Source: Octopus sinensis
Taxonomy: Eukaryota
Length of the DNA: 64,000 nucleotides
Direction of reading: 5' to 3'
Assembly (NCBI RefSeq): GCF_006345805.1
Contig: NC_043013.1
Span: 17,670,001-17,734,000, forward strand
The notes under the pieces were generated by a model. The model ran no database searches and had not been told where the DNA came from. It saw nothing but the letters and a program-made list of their open reading frames with translations. Every line of letters begins with the position of its first letter. Positions within the stretch are counted from its first letter, which is position 1. Of the stretch, positions 36,601 to 45,839 are shown piece after piece. Position numbers and translations under genes: made by a program.

Positions 36601-39600
36601 CAGCAGAATTTGAACACAGAATGTAAATGCTTCTAAGCATTTTGCCTGGTATGCTCACAATTCTGCCAGCCAAAGCTACCTTTTATACAGATATAATATA
36701 CTGGAAAATGTAATCATATACAGACCAGATCTGAATAAAACAAGGGCTGGTTATAAGAAGATTCTTTTATAGGGACTTAGTAAGAGGGGTGGGCATAATC
36801 AACAACAAAAATGACATTCTTAATATGATAATCTAAAGAAATACTTACTTTGCTGTGTGTTTGTAAGCATTAGGCAGAATGGTGCCAAAGTCTTTGGAAA
36901 ATTCTGGACCTTTCTTCTTGCTGTTCTGGATGACGTCATTAGCAAGATAAATGAAGTGAAGCTTCTTGTTTGGTTTCACTGGAAAATTACAGTTAAATAA
37001 GGGGTTCAGATTTTATTTAACAGCAGTGGTTCTCAACTGGGATTGATATAAGGTTTTTAGTGGGGTCCACACAAGCAGAATAGTAAGTCAGGGATCCACA
37101 GTAGTATACTAAGGGTCCATGTAAAAATGTTAGTTAGGATAAATTTATTGCAAGAAACAGTTAGGTTTCTTTTTCTAATGCTTTACAAAGTTCAGCTTAC
37201 ACAAGTTTATGTATGAAAAGCGAAATAGAAATTTTGAAAGTATCTATAGTTTTTAAACATTGAATGACTATGGGGGCCCACAAGAATAAAATTGTTATCA
37301 AAGGCGTCCAAAGGTAAAAAAAACAGTTGAGAACCATTGTTTAATAGGTTCCTGATCAAAATTATTGATAAATATTATATTTAATGGAGAAAAACTACAA
37401 GTAGTTGATAGCTTCTGTTACCTAGGTGACCAAGTCAGTGGCGGGGGTGGATGCTCTGAAAGTGTAGCTGCTAGAATAAGGGTAGCCTTGGAAAAGTACA
37501 GAGAGCCCCTACCTCTGCTGGTGACAAAAGGCCTCTCACTCAGAGTAAAAGGTAGATTGTATGATGCATGTGTGCGAACAGCCATGCTACATGGCAGTGT
37601 AACATGGGCCATGACTGCTGAGGACATGCGTAAGCTAGCAAGGAATGAAGCTGGTAAGCCAGGAAGACCTGGGATGAGGTGGTGAAACACGACCTTCAAA
37701 CATTGGGCCTCACAAAGGCAATGGCAAGTGACTGAGACCTTTGGAGATGTGCTGTGATTGAGAAAACCCAACAAGCCAAGTGAGACCATAACCGTGGCCT
37801 ATGCCAGTGCTGTATAACCAGCCCATTTAAGAGTACCCTTCAATCATTGGGCAATAAACTATGCTTGCGAAGACCTGTTGAGGCAAGTGAAATTGCTGTC
37901 ATGGCCGATGACAGTAGCACCTGATTGGCACCCATACCAGTGGCACGTTAAAAGCACCATTCACGCGTGGTCATTGCCAGTGCCACCTGACTGGCTCCCG
38001 TGCCAGTGGCATGTAAAAAGCACCATTTGAGTGTGGTCGTTGCCAGTACCACCTGACTGACCGTTGTGCTGGTGGTACGTAAAAAGCACCCACTACACTC
38101 TTGGAGTGGTTGGCGTTAGGAAGGGCATCCAGCTGTAGAAACTTTGCCAGATCAGATTGGAGCGTGGTACAGCCTTTTGGCTTGCCAGCCCACCAGTCAA
38201 ACTGTCCAACCCATGCCAGCATGGAAAGCAAACGTTAAATGATGATATCAGGTCATCCCATAAATAATGTCTGAAATGTCATATATGTAATTTCTATTGA
38301 ATTTTACTGTATTTTAAAATGTCAAATGGTATAGTTTGATATCTTTAACTTAATATAATTTCTTTTAACAGCATAATCAGACTGAATTAATTACTAATAT
38401 TAACCCCTCAAAGATGGATGTATCGTAGGTATGAGAAACTATCTACTACCGCTAAGGAGTCCCCTGGACATTCTAGAAAATCTATTTTCTGTATACTCTT
38501 AGTGTTTATTGCACCTCTGCATCAGCTACAGACAAAGTCTACTTTTTCTGTTAACCTTCCAGTGATTCCACCTGCACCTCTTATGTGACCATAGTTTTAT
38601 GGAATTTCTACATACACTTCTTTAACATATGGAACAGAGCCATTTGCACAAAGGGATTAGGGTCCTGCTTGTTTTCCTGCTAACTAGAACATTAGTCTTT
38701 GCGATGCTAACTCTAAGGCTCTTTGATTCCAGATTTTGCTTCCATACCTGGAATTTCTTTTCTACTTCCAATACTTTCAGCTATAAGAACAAGGTCATCA
38801 ATGTTGGGGAGTTCCTATGGGCAGTTGGTTTTAAATTCCTCTGGTATGGCCTATAGGACTAAAATAAATAGGAGGAGACTGATAACCAAACCTCAATGAA
38901 CTATCTGCACACTAAATTCATTGTTGTAGTCATTACCTTTCATCTTACTGACAGCAACCCTGTATAAGACTTGAACAACTCACTAGCCTTTCATCTACTC
39001 CTAGATTCCACTGCAAACACCATATCAAGAAGTGAGGCACTCTATCAAAGGCTTTCACTAGGCCGACAAAGGCAAAGTACAGTGATTTACCTTTTGCTAA
39101 GTACTTCTCCTGAAATATGCTGTAATATAAAGAGTGCATCAGTAGTACTTCTTTCTGGTACAAAACTAAACTGCATCTCATCCAGTTAACTTTCTACCTA
39201 AGTCATTGAGCCATCACTTTTAGTGGTTTTCATGACCTGATCCAGTAGTTTGGTACTTCTGTAATTACTTCTGTGCAAGGCATTTCATTTACCCTAGTAA
39301 CAGATACTATGATGCTGCTATACCGGTCTTTGGGTATGAAACCTTGCTGTGCAACCTGACTAACTGTACAGGTAACTAGCACATACCCTACTCTGCCAGA
39401 TATTTGAAGTACGTGTGAAAAAATATATATGTGTGTGTAAACTTATAGTTACATGTAAACAGTTAACTCGTTATAAAATAGAGAATGATACTATGAAGAG
39501 AAAATACATTTTGATTCCAACAATTCTGCTTACTAAGAGTGACCCACAATACTGGCAACTAACTTATCGATAGTAAACCTCACACATGCTTCATATCAAC

Positions 39601-40454
39601 TTAGTCGCAGTCTTCTACAACTGTAATAGATTCCCATTTAACTTACATTTGTATTATTTCCCACTCGTAGAAGGTGTGAAACACTTTGTAACGGTTGAAT
39701 GAAATTTATAATGAGTGTAAATGATCTTAAGCCAATTTATTTCAAAGCATCTTGAAACGACTACGTAAGATCAATCTTTCGCAGGCTTTTCTTCAGACGC
39801 AGCCGTCTCAACATGCCACATGCAACCATACCCAAACTTTTTACCAATAAGCCAACTACTAACCATACATAAGAATCGTTACAGTCCCATAAAGAAACAA
39901 TTTTAGTAAATAGCAACATGTAGCATGTAACTTTGTTGATCCTGGGGCCACGGCTAATTACTACTTGTATCAGGTACCAGATAATTAGGGAGCTTAAACG
40001 AAGTAACAGACGGATGGCGAACACTGAAATATTGGCATGTTTTTATATGATATCCTAGAAGTGATTTAAGGTATAATTTGGTGAGGTTCTGCTCAGTCCA
40101 CAACAATTAACAAGCTGGAAATGAAAGCTAAGTCTTCCTCATCTTGCTCACCGTTGACCACACCTTTTTTATAAAAAAAAACCCTGAAGAATTAGATTTA
40201 AGATAATATGATAGCTGATATACTGTATCTGAATAAAAGACGGGATGGTCACGGCTTCTGCTGGCCTAGAGTGGGTTAATTAACAAGAACAATAATTAAC
40301 TTACCTTTCTGAAGTTCTCGGAACCAAACCTGGACAATGGACTTTGAGTGTTTGCGGTGATGAATGAGCCACAGAGATAAAGTCTGAATACTTTGTTGTG
40401 TATTGTTTAATTCAGACAACTTCTTCACGAAGTTGCTGTCCGAAAAGACGACAT
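27529..40454 (-). CDS. RPRD1B: Regulation of nuclear pre-mRNA domain-containing protein 1 (CID plus CREPT coiled coil); complement(join(40305..40454,36849..36978,36196..36302,33458..33684,32228..32354,29474..29649,27529..27663)); exon 1 has a 1-nt deletion in this sequence
   Basis: Seven exons with consistent phases give MSSFSDSNFVKKLSELNNTQQSIQTLSLWLIHHRKH...KKLHFIYLANDVIQNSKKKGPEF...LERILNIWGERGVY...ENSPSSDAAVRERIAALPQEV...EYNQRLSQEL...SHIQNLPDL...PLPSAGDLFSI*. These are hallmark RPRD1A/B motifs. Pro-ortholog of RPRD1A/RPRD1B. Confidence 0.93.
27770..27978 (-). mobile_element. SINE family A in the RPRD1 last intron
   Basis: Reverse complement of the family A consensus. Confidence 0.85.
28751..28984 (+). 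mobile_element. SINE family A with a perfect 20-bp TSD
   Basis: ATATGTGTTTTTCTTAACAA occurs at both 28731-28750 and 28985-29004. Confidence 0.93.
29168..29437. mobile_element. hAT-like MITE
   Basis: Imperfect TIRs CAGTAGTTCCCAAA / TTTGGGAATCACTA. Confidence 0.55.
29474..29649 (-). CDS. RPRD1B: RPRD1 exon 6 (176 nt)
   Basis: TTTGCAG / GTAAGT boundaries; DKDDAQKLSETVDEAYSLLTEYNQRLSQELIDRKENARMVRTYLNLQRDHLQIAEARLI. Confidence 0.92.
30140..31207 (+). mobile_element. Internally deleted piggyBac element
   Basis: TTAA at 30136-30139 and 31208-31211; TIRs CCCTTTCGTTACTA / TAGTAACGAAAGGG; transposase remnant WGFKFRKICEANTGYC...YTGK...GLGNDVVWNLSLPYHNQGRILFFDRF. Confidence 0.9.
32228..32354 (-). CDS. 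RPRD1B: RPRD1 exon 5 (127 nt)
   Basis: ACTTTCAG acceptor and a weak GTTTGG donor; TEDLVKNLYNLENSPSSDAAVRERIAALPQEVADHTCLEKLK. Confidence 0.88.
32560..32910. repeat. Degenerate minisatellite, units of about 50-60 bp, in RPRD1 intron 4
   Basis: Recurring AGG(T/C)A(C/T)CCAAG(A/G)ACCAG, GTGTTAAACTGG(A/G)TGACAAC and GTAGACTCCACTAAAGG. Confidence 0.75.
33458..33684 (-). CDS. RPRD1B: RPRD1 exon 4 (227 nt), low-complexity linker
   Basis: CCCTGCAG / GTAGGC boundaries; phases 1 in and 0 out fit both neighbours; SPWSETTDLSST...NNNNSTNSTTTTTSSTTTTTNKSPTVKKKKHQEHQLTLKQEIDAMDEIGEPPT. Confidence 0.82.
33950..35800 (-). mobile_element. RTE-clade LINE fragment (RT, embedded PHD-type finger, 3' UTR with short tandem repeats)
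   Basis: CYKGKGDVLDRNNY; QLGFVPGRSTTDAIFLVRQLQEKY...FIDLEKAFDRVP; LSPLLFIIVL; HYSDD; DSFHYLGD; RRLHWYDHVMHM...GRGEPRKTW. Several frameshifts. Confidence 0.92.
36196..36302 (-). CDS. RPRD1B: RPRD1 exon 3 (107 nt)
   Basis: CCACAG / GTAAGT boundaries; DADDKIKQTLERILNIWGERGVYDKDFIKVMRHSL. Confidence 0.92.
36849..36978 (-). CDS. RPRD1B: RPRD1 exon 2 (130 nt)
   Basis: TTTTCCAG / GTAAGT boundaries; VKPNKKLHFIYLANDVIQNSKKKGPEFSKDFGTILPNAYKHTAK. Confidence 0.92.
37024..37339. mobile_element. hAT (Charlie-like) MITE
   Basis: TIRs CAGTGGTTCTCAAC / GTTGAGAACCATTG; 8-bp flanks TTTAACAG and TTTAATAG. Confidence 0.85.
37380..38245 (+). mobile_element. RTE LINE fragment plus 3' UTR (same family as 33950-35800)
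   Basis: LQVVDSFCYLGDQVSGGGGCSESVAARIR...KGRLYDACVRTAMLHGS, then the family C 3' UTR ending AAATGATGAT. Confidence 0.88.
38470..39370 (-). mobile_element. Degraded RTE LINE fragment
   Basis: QEKYLAKGKSLYFAFVGLVKAFDRVP and a degraded copy of the same Cys/His finger; many stops. Confidence 0.8.
40305..40454 (-). CDS. RPRD1B: RPRD1 exon 1 (150 nt as assembled; 151 needed for frame)
   Basis: ATG at 40454 and donor GTAAGT at 40304. ATGTCGTCTTTTCGGAC lacks one T relative to the duplicate at 40872, which reads MSSFSDSNF in frame. Confidence 0.85.
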
Positions 40455-41098
40455 GCTCTCTCTCTCCTCCTTCTCTTTCCCTCTCGTTCCTTTCTTTAAA
40501 ACTGACAATGAAGACGATCCAAGTTTCGAATAGAAGGGGCAAGTCTTGCTTCGGTTCTGTTTTGTTTGGATGTTGTGCTTCGTTTCTCCTTCTCTTTCCC
40601 TCTCGGTTTCCTTTCTTTAAAACTGACAATGAAGACGATCCAAGTTTCGAATAGAAGGGAGCAAGTCTTGCTTCGGGTTCTGTTATTTGTTTGGATGTTG
40701 TGCTTCGTTTTTCCAATGAGTTCGTCTTCTTTTTTTCAGGTGGCAATTTCACAGTCCTTCTGCTAATGTTTTACTACTGCTGCGGGGATGATTTTTATTG
40801 ATATAAAAGTCCAGCAGTATTGTTTAATTCAGACAACTTCTTCACGAAGTTGCTGTCCGAAAAAGACGACATGCTCTCTCTCTCTCCTTCTCTTTCCCTC
40901 TCGGTTTCCTTTCTTTAAAACTGACAATGAAGACGATCCAAGTTTCGAATAGAAGGGAGCAAGTCTTGCTTCGGGTTCTGTTATTTGTTTGGATGTTGTG
41001 CTTCGTTTTTCCAATGAGTTCGTCTTCTTTTTTTCAGGTGGCAATTTCAACAGTCTCTGTAATGTTTACTGCTGCGGGGATGATTTTTATTGATATAA
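40400..41098. repeat. Local triplication of the RPRD1 start-codon/5'UTR segment (40400-40585, 40586-40806, 40817-41098)
   Basis: Near-identical copies that differ mainly by homopolymer indels. Confidence 0.9.
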
Positions 41099-42237
41099 GT
41101 ACAGCTACCAAACTATACCTACATGCTTCTATACAAACACACACGTTGCAGAGTGTGAGAGACTGGAGACGAACAGAAACAGAGAGAGAGAGAGAGATGT
41201 GTGTGAGATTGGAACTAAAAGTGCGTGGGACAGATGTTGTCAGGATGTGTATTTAACCCAGGCACAGATAGGAACTCATTGCATCCACCTTTATCAAGAA
41301 CAACAGCAACAACAAGACTAATGAACTATTGTGAGTCTTTTCAAAGGTTCGGGTTTCGCTTTGACTCCTGGCAAAAGCAAAGATGAGATCAAATATTGAC
41401 ATAGAATTCCCAGAACGAAGAACGAAGGAGACGTGACTTTAATCCCGAAACATGAAAATGTGGTAAGAATTGGGAATTAAAGAAAATAATAAAGTTAAGG
41501 TTTTGTTGTTGCTTTTGCTTTGTGTGGAAGATGAATGTGTATTTGCTCGGCTTGTTGGTGATTAGTAGTCCTCGGTGCTGTAATAATTGTTTAATGAGAC
41601 ACAAGAAGAAAGAAGGAGGAAAAAGTTGCAACGATTTCGTGAATCTGTTACTTTCTATTTTCGCTCAGAAGAAATGTCAGCAAATCGAATCACATTCGTC
41701 CCTCTCCACTGGGAGGCCATCACACACACTCGCTCCTACACGAACTACATTGTCAGCAATTTCGGTAATCTTTCCCTGCAATCTTCGAAAACATGTCTAT
41801 ACACATACATCTCTCACATATCAAATCTCTAAAAAAAGATAGACAAGCATCATTGCCTGTCTTTACTCAATAAATATAGCCATAGATTTTGGGCGGACAT
41901 GGTATGGAAATGTTTCTAAAAAAAATAAATAAATAAAACAGGTGGGATACCTATTCATTAAGGTCAACATATAATTACATGTATATGCTTGTGATTTTTA
42001 CTTTTTTAAAAGTGAAAGCAATGCAAGTGATAAAAAATAATACAAGAACAGCGAAGTTAGGCTACAACACCATTTCTTCGAAGATTTCCTGAAGAAAGGG
42101 TCCAAACTTTGAAATATTGAAATGCAAGGTAAAAGTACAATCCTTTTACTGGCTTTATTTCTTATAACTCACATGGTTTGGGCTTAAAAAAAACTATATT
42201 TATCTAGATCAGACCATGCTTCATACAAACTATACTA

Positions 42238-42308
<71 letters not shown>

Positions 42309-42485
42309 TGGTAAGGACCTATAATCCTTTAAGGGATGTTGCAGCCAAAATTCTCAGGGTTTTTACCAATGTTCAATGAAAAACTAAATACGTTAGTTTG
42401 CATTGATGGATATGGGTAATTAAATTATTTATGAATAAACTGATGTCTATATATCAATTTCTCCATTTTACTTCTTTTTCTCATT

Positions 42486-42518
<33 letters not shown>

Positions 42519-42542
42519 TCATTATTGTTATTATTATTATAT

Positions 42543-42935
42543 AAGGCGGCGAGCTGGCAGAAACGTTAGCACGCCTGACGAAATGCTTAGCCGTATTTCG
42601 TCTGCCGTTACGTTCTGAGTTCAAATTCCGCCGAGGTCGACTTTGCCTTTCATCCTTTCGGGGTCGATTAAATAAGTACCAGTTACGCACTAGGGTCGAT
42701 ATAATCGACTTAATCCGTTTGTCTGTCCTTGTTTGTCTCCTCTCTGTTTAGCCCCTTGTAGGTAGTAAAGAAATAGGTATTTCATCTGCCGTTACGTTCT
42801 GAGTTCAAATTCCGCCGAGGTTGACTTTGCTTTTCATCTTTTCGGGGTCGATAGATTAAGTAGCAGTTACATACTGGATCAATGTAATCGACTATCTCCC
42901 TCTCCTCCAATTTCGGGCCTTCTGCCTCCTGTAGT
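42543..42935 (+). mobile_element. SINE family A, full copy (42543-42776) plus a partial tandem copy
   Basis: Close match to the family consensus; preceded by (TAC)n/(TAT)n. Confidence 0.9.
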
Positions 42936-42954
42936 AGAAAGGATTATTATTATT

Positions 42955-44755
42955 AAATAGCGGGTTCGCGGAGAGAAAGTGCGACGATGTTTTCGGGGAA
43001 ACTCTGGGCGTCGACGAGGATCAATTTATTGGTCTGTTTCGGAGAACTTTTGGGCCTGGGCCTATATGGATAACTTCCAGAAATCCCTTGCCTGGCAGTG
43101 CTACCAAGGGGCGCTACCCGTTCGGGATAAACGTTACAGCCGGGCCTGCCCATGATGCGCGCAGAGCGACGAAACCGTTCTGCACGCCCTCGTCCAGGGC
43201 CCAAGCATTGCTAACCTGTGGGTTTATGTTGAACATCTGCTGTCGCGTGTAGGACGTGTCCGGCTATCAGCTGAATCCATAGTGAAGATTGTCCCGCCGC
43301 CCTCTTTTGGCCGAGAGGTACAGACAATTTTTGTCTGGTGGATGTAGCGAAACAGGTAGTATGGTGAACTCGCTTGTCGTCAGTGGTCCCGTAGGAGAGG
43401 TGCAGACATGAGCCATCCTAAAAAGATCCATCTACGACAACCTCCACCTACTACGGTACCTCATAGAGACAGTGGGTAAAGAACTTGGCACGAGTGGGGC
43501 CCTGATCAGTTTGGATCAATCCAAAGGTCTTGATAGAGCCAACCACCCGTACACTAGCGTAGCTAGTGTGTGACACCCGGGGCGGTTCTTCCGTTTTCCG
43601 CCCCCGGACCCCACAAAAAAGACATTACCTACTGTAGACCCAAAAGTGGTGCCCGGGGCGGCCTGCCCCCCTCCCCCAGCTACGCTGGTGCACCTATACC
43701 TGGCAGTGATCCTCAAGGCAGCCGGTTTCGGGTCCGAATTCAGGGGATGGATCGCTGCAATGCACAGCAACATCTGTTCAGTGTCTAGAGTGAACGGTCA
43801 CCTCTCGAAACCGTGTGTGAGATCTGTGTCAGCAAATGCCGACGAAGTCACCGTGGTGATGTCGAAAAGCAAACGCATTGAGATAATCGGCACCGCTCTC
43901 AGAAGTAGTATTGGAAGCGAAAATTAGTCAGGAAAAGTCAGTGGACTTGCGACTCGGCACCTGGAGAAGCAAGTCCATACTGTCCACTTGCGTTATTGGA
44001 CGCTGGGCGGACGGACAGGTTAAATTATTTGGGTCTTTATTCAGTCTAGATTTCCAGATGGGCAAAAACTAGAACGAGGTGACAAGCAAGGTAATTACAC
44101 TCACCCAGAAATGGACCAAGGGGTGGCTATCCTTGAAAGGTCGAGTAAAGGTGGCTAATGCCTACATCGCGTCCGTCATCTGCTGCTGTCTGACCACCGG
44201 GCTTTATACTCATTCTCTTCTTGTGGAAGGGACGCGTTCGATGACCAGGAAAGCTCTCTATTGTCAACCTTCGCTGCGTGGTGGACTGAGCATGTCGTGA
44301 CTGATAACGTGACACTACAACTCCAGCACTTCCTACAAGCATGTAAGTGCCGTCAGCCGAACATGTCCAAGATGAGCGCAGAGCGACGAAACCGTCTTGT
44401 ACGCATTCGTTCAGTGTCCGAGCATTGCTGACATATAGGTTTTTGTCGAACATCTGCTGTCACGCGTGGGTGGATCCGACTATTAACGGAATCTATCGTG
44501 GAGATCACCCCGACGCCTTCTTTTAACCGGGAAGGGCAAGGAGTTTTTACATGCCTTGTGGCCACGGCGAAAGAGGTTGTATGGTGGACGAGACTGAAAG
44601 GGCTGGCGACAAACACTTTCATTTTTCTCACTTGAAATAGGTGGAGAGTGAAGTGTTGCCTTCCAGCCGTTTTGTTGAAAGGTGGATGAAAATGGCGAGA
44701 ATGGTGCGAGTGAACAGGCTTGCCCTGAGTATACGCTTGTAAATCAGACATAAGA
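42955..44755 (+). mobile_element. Two rearranged L1/Tx1-type LINE ORF2 fragments
   Basis: zf-RVT-like LAWQCYQGALPVRDK...CP*CAQSDETVLHALVQ.PSIANLW at about 43070-43310, with a homologous copy at about 44360-44540. RT motifs ALISLDQSKGLDRANH-PYLAVILKAAGFG...W...VNGHLS lie at 43490-43860. Confidence 0.85.
43552..43690. mobile_element. hAT-like MITE nested in the LINE RT
   Basis: TIRs CACTAGCGTAGCTAG / CCAGCTACGCTGGTG; 8-bp flanks CACCCGTA and CACCTATA. Excision restores the RT frame. Confidence 0.8.
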
Positions 44756-44967
44756 AAGTTATGGTTTTATGTCTTTATTTTTGGTCCCTGAGCAGCTCTT
44801 GAACGTCTCCTCTTCATTGAGGAGTACTCGTTGTTAAAATGTTATTACCTTTTTCCTTTTTTTTTACACCTGTTTACACGCAAAACCCTGACAGTAACAT
44901 GCGCGCGTGCGCACACACACACAATATTTTGTCCTGTGTCGTCCATAATGTTTTTCTTAATGAAGAC

Positions 44968-45112
44968 CAGGGGCTGACTGGGCCGTCGGTCAATCGGACA
45001 TTGCCTGAGGGCCCGGAGCTCTACTCTACATGTTGACTCTACTGATATCCATGCTAAGGGGCCTGGTAAACAGTTATATCCGAGGGCCCTTAATACTGTC
45101 AGTCTACCCCTG
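44968..45112. mobile_element. hAT MITE
   Basis: TIRs CAGGGGCTGACTG / CAGTCTACCCCTG; 8-bp flanks ATGAAGAC and ATGTAGAC. Confidence 0.8.
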
Positions 45113-45304
45113 ATGTAGACCCTTTGTGGTCAATAAAGAAATCGTCATCATCATCTGTTTATTTAATTTAGTTCGTGCAGGCTCAGATTACGATAATCTG
45201 AGCCTGAACAAGCTAAGTTTCAGTAGAGACAAAGCTCTAAGTCGCTTAGCCCAAATCAAACTGCTTCAAATAGCAATATAGCAATATTTGCCAAATATAT
45301 TTAG

Positions 45305-45440
45305 TAGGAGTTATCTACAATAAATAATAATGAAATTATTGTATACAGTGCTCAGGTGCACTACGCACTTTTGACAAGTTGTGGTGCACCTGAGCGCTGT
45401 ATACAATAATTTCATCATTATTTATTATAGATAACTCCTA
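45305..45440. mobile_element. Foldback MITE with 57-bp inverted arms; half copy at 45511-45555
   Basis: TAGGAGTTATCTACAATAAATAATAATGAAATTATTGTATACAGTGCTCAGGTGCAC versus its reverse complement, with 3 differences. Confidence 0.8.
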
Positions 45441-45753
45441 AATGTGTGTTAAGTGCCTTTCTCTTTCGTGTTTCTTACTCACTCAATTCTATATAAAATA
45501 TATATATTTTGTGGTGCACCTGAGCACTGTATACAATTAATTTCATTATTATATATATACAGAGAGAGAGAAAGAGAGACTGACTGTAATCCAGTTGGTG
45601 ACCAATGTGATATATTGGTTTCCATACTTTTATCTCTGTTGTTAACCATCAGCTTTGAGAGCACACTCCGCAATATCGTTCCGTTCAATTGAGTTCTTCA
45701 AGAAATTTCTTCGCAATTATTTTTCTATTCCATGTGTTCAACACTCATTATCC

Positions 45754-45839
45754 ATGCCTTACGCCAATAGACCTGTTGTAAGCATCTCGCAGCTTACTGA
45801 TGAGAATATCAAATTCATTTTGGAGGACACAGACCTCAG
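45754..45839 (+). CDS. POLR2C: POLR2C exon 1 (86 nt coding)
   Basis: ATG at 45754; donor GTAAAT at 45840; [28 protein letters not shown]. Confidence 0.95.

Noticed and set aside
40276-40752. 158-aa ORF giving RPRD1 a long N-terminal extension
   Set aside because: Results from the 1-nt deletion and the duplicated UTR; the conserved start is MSSFS.
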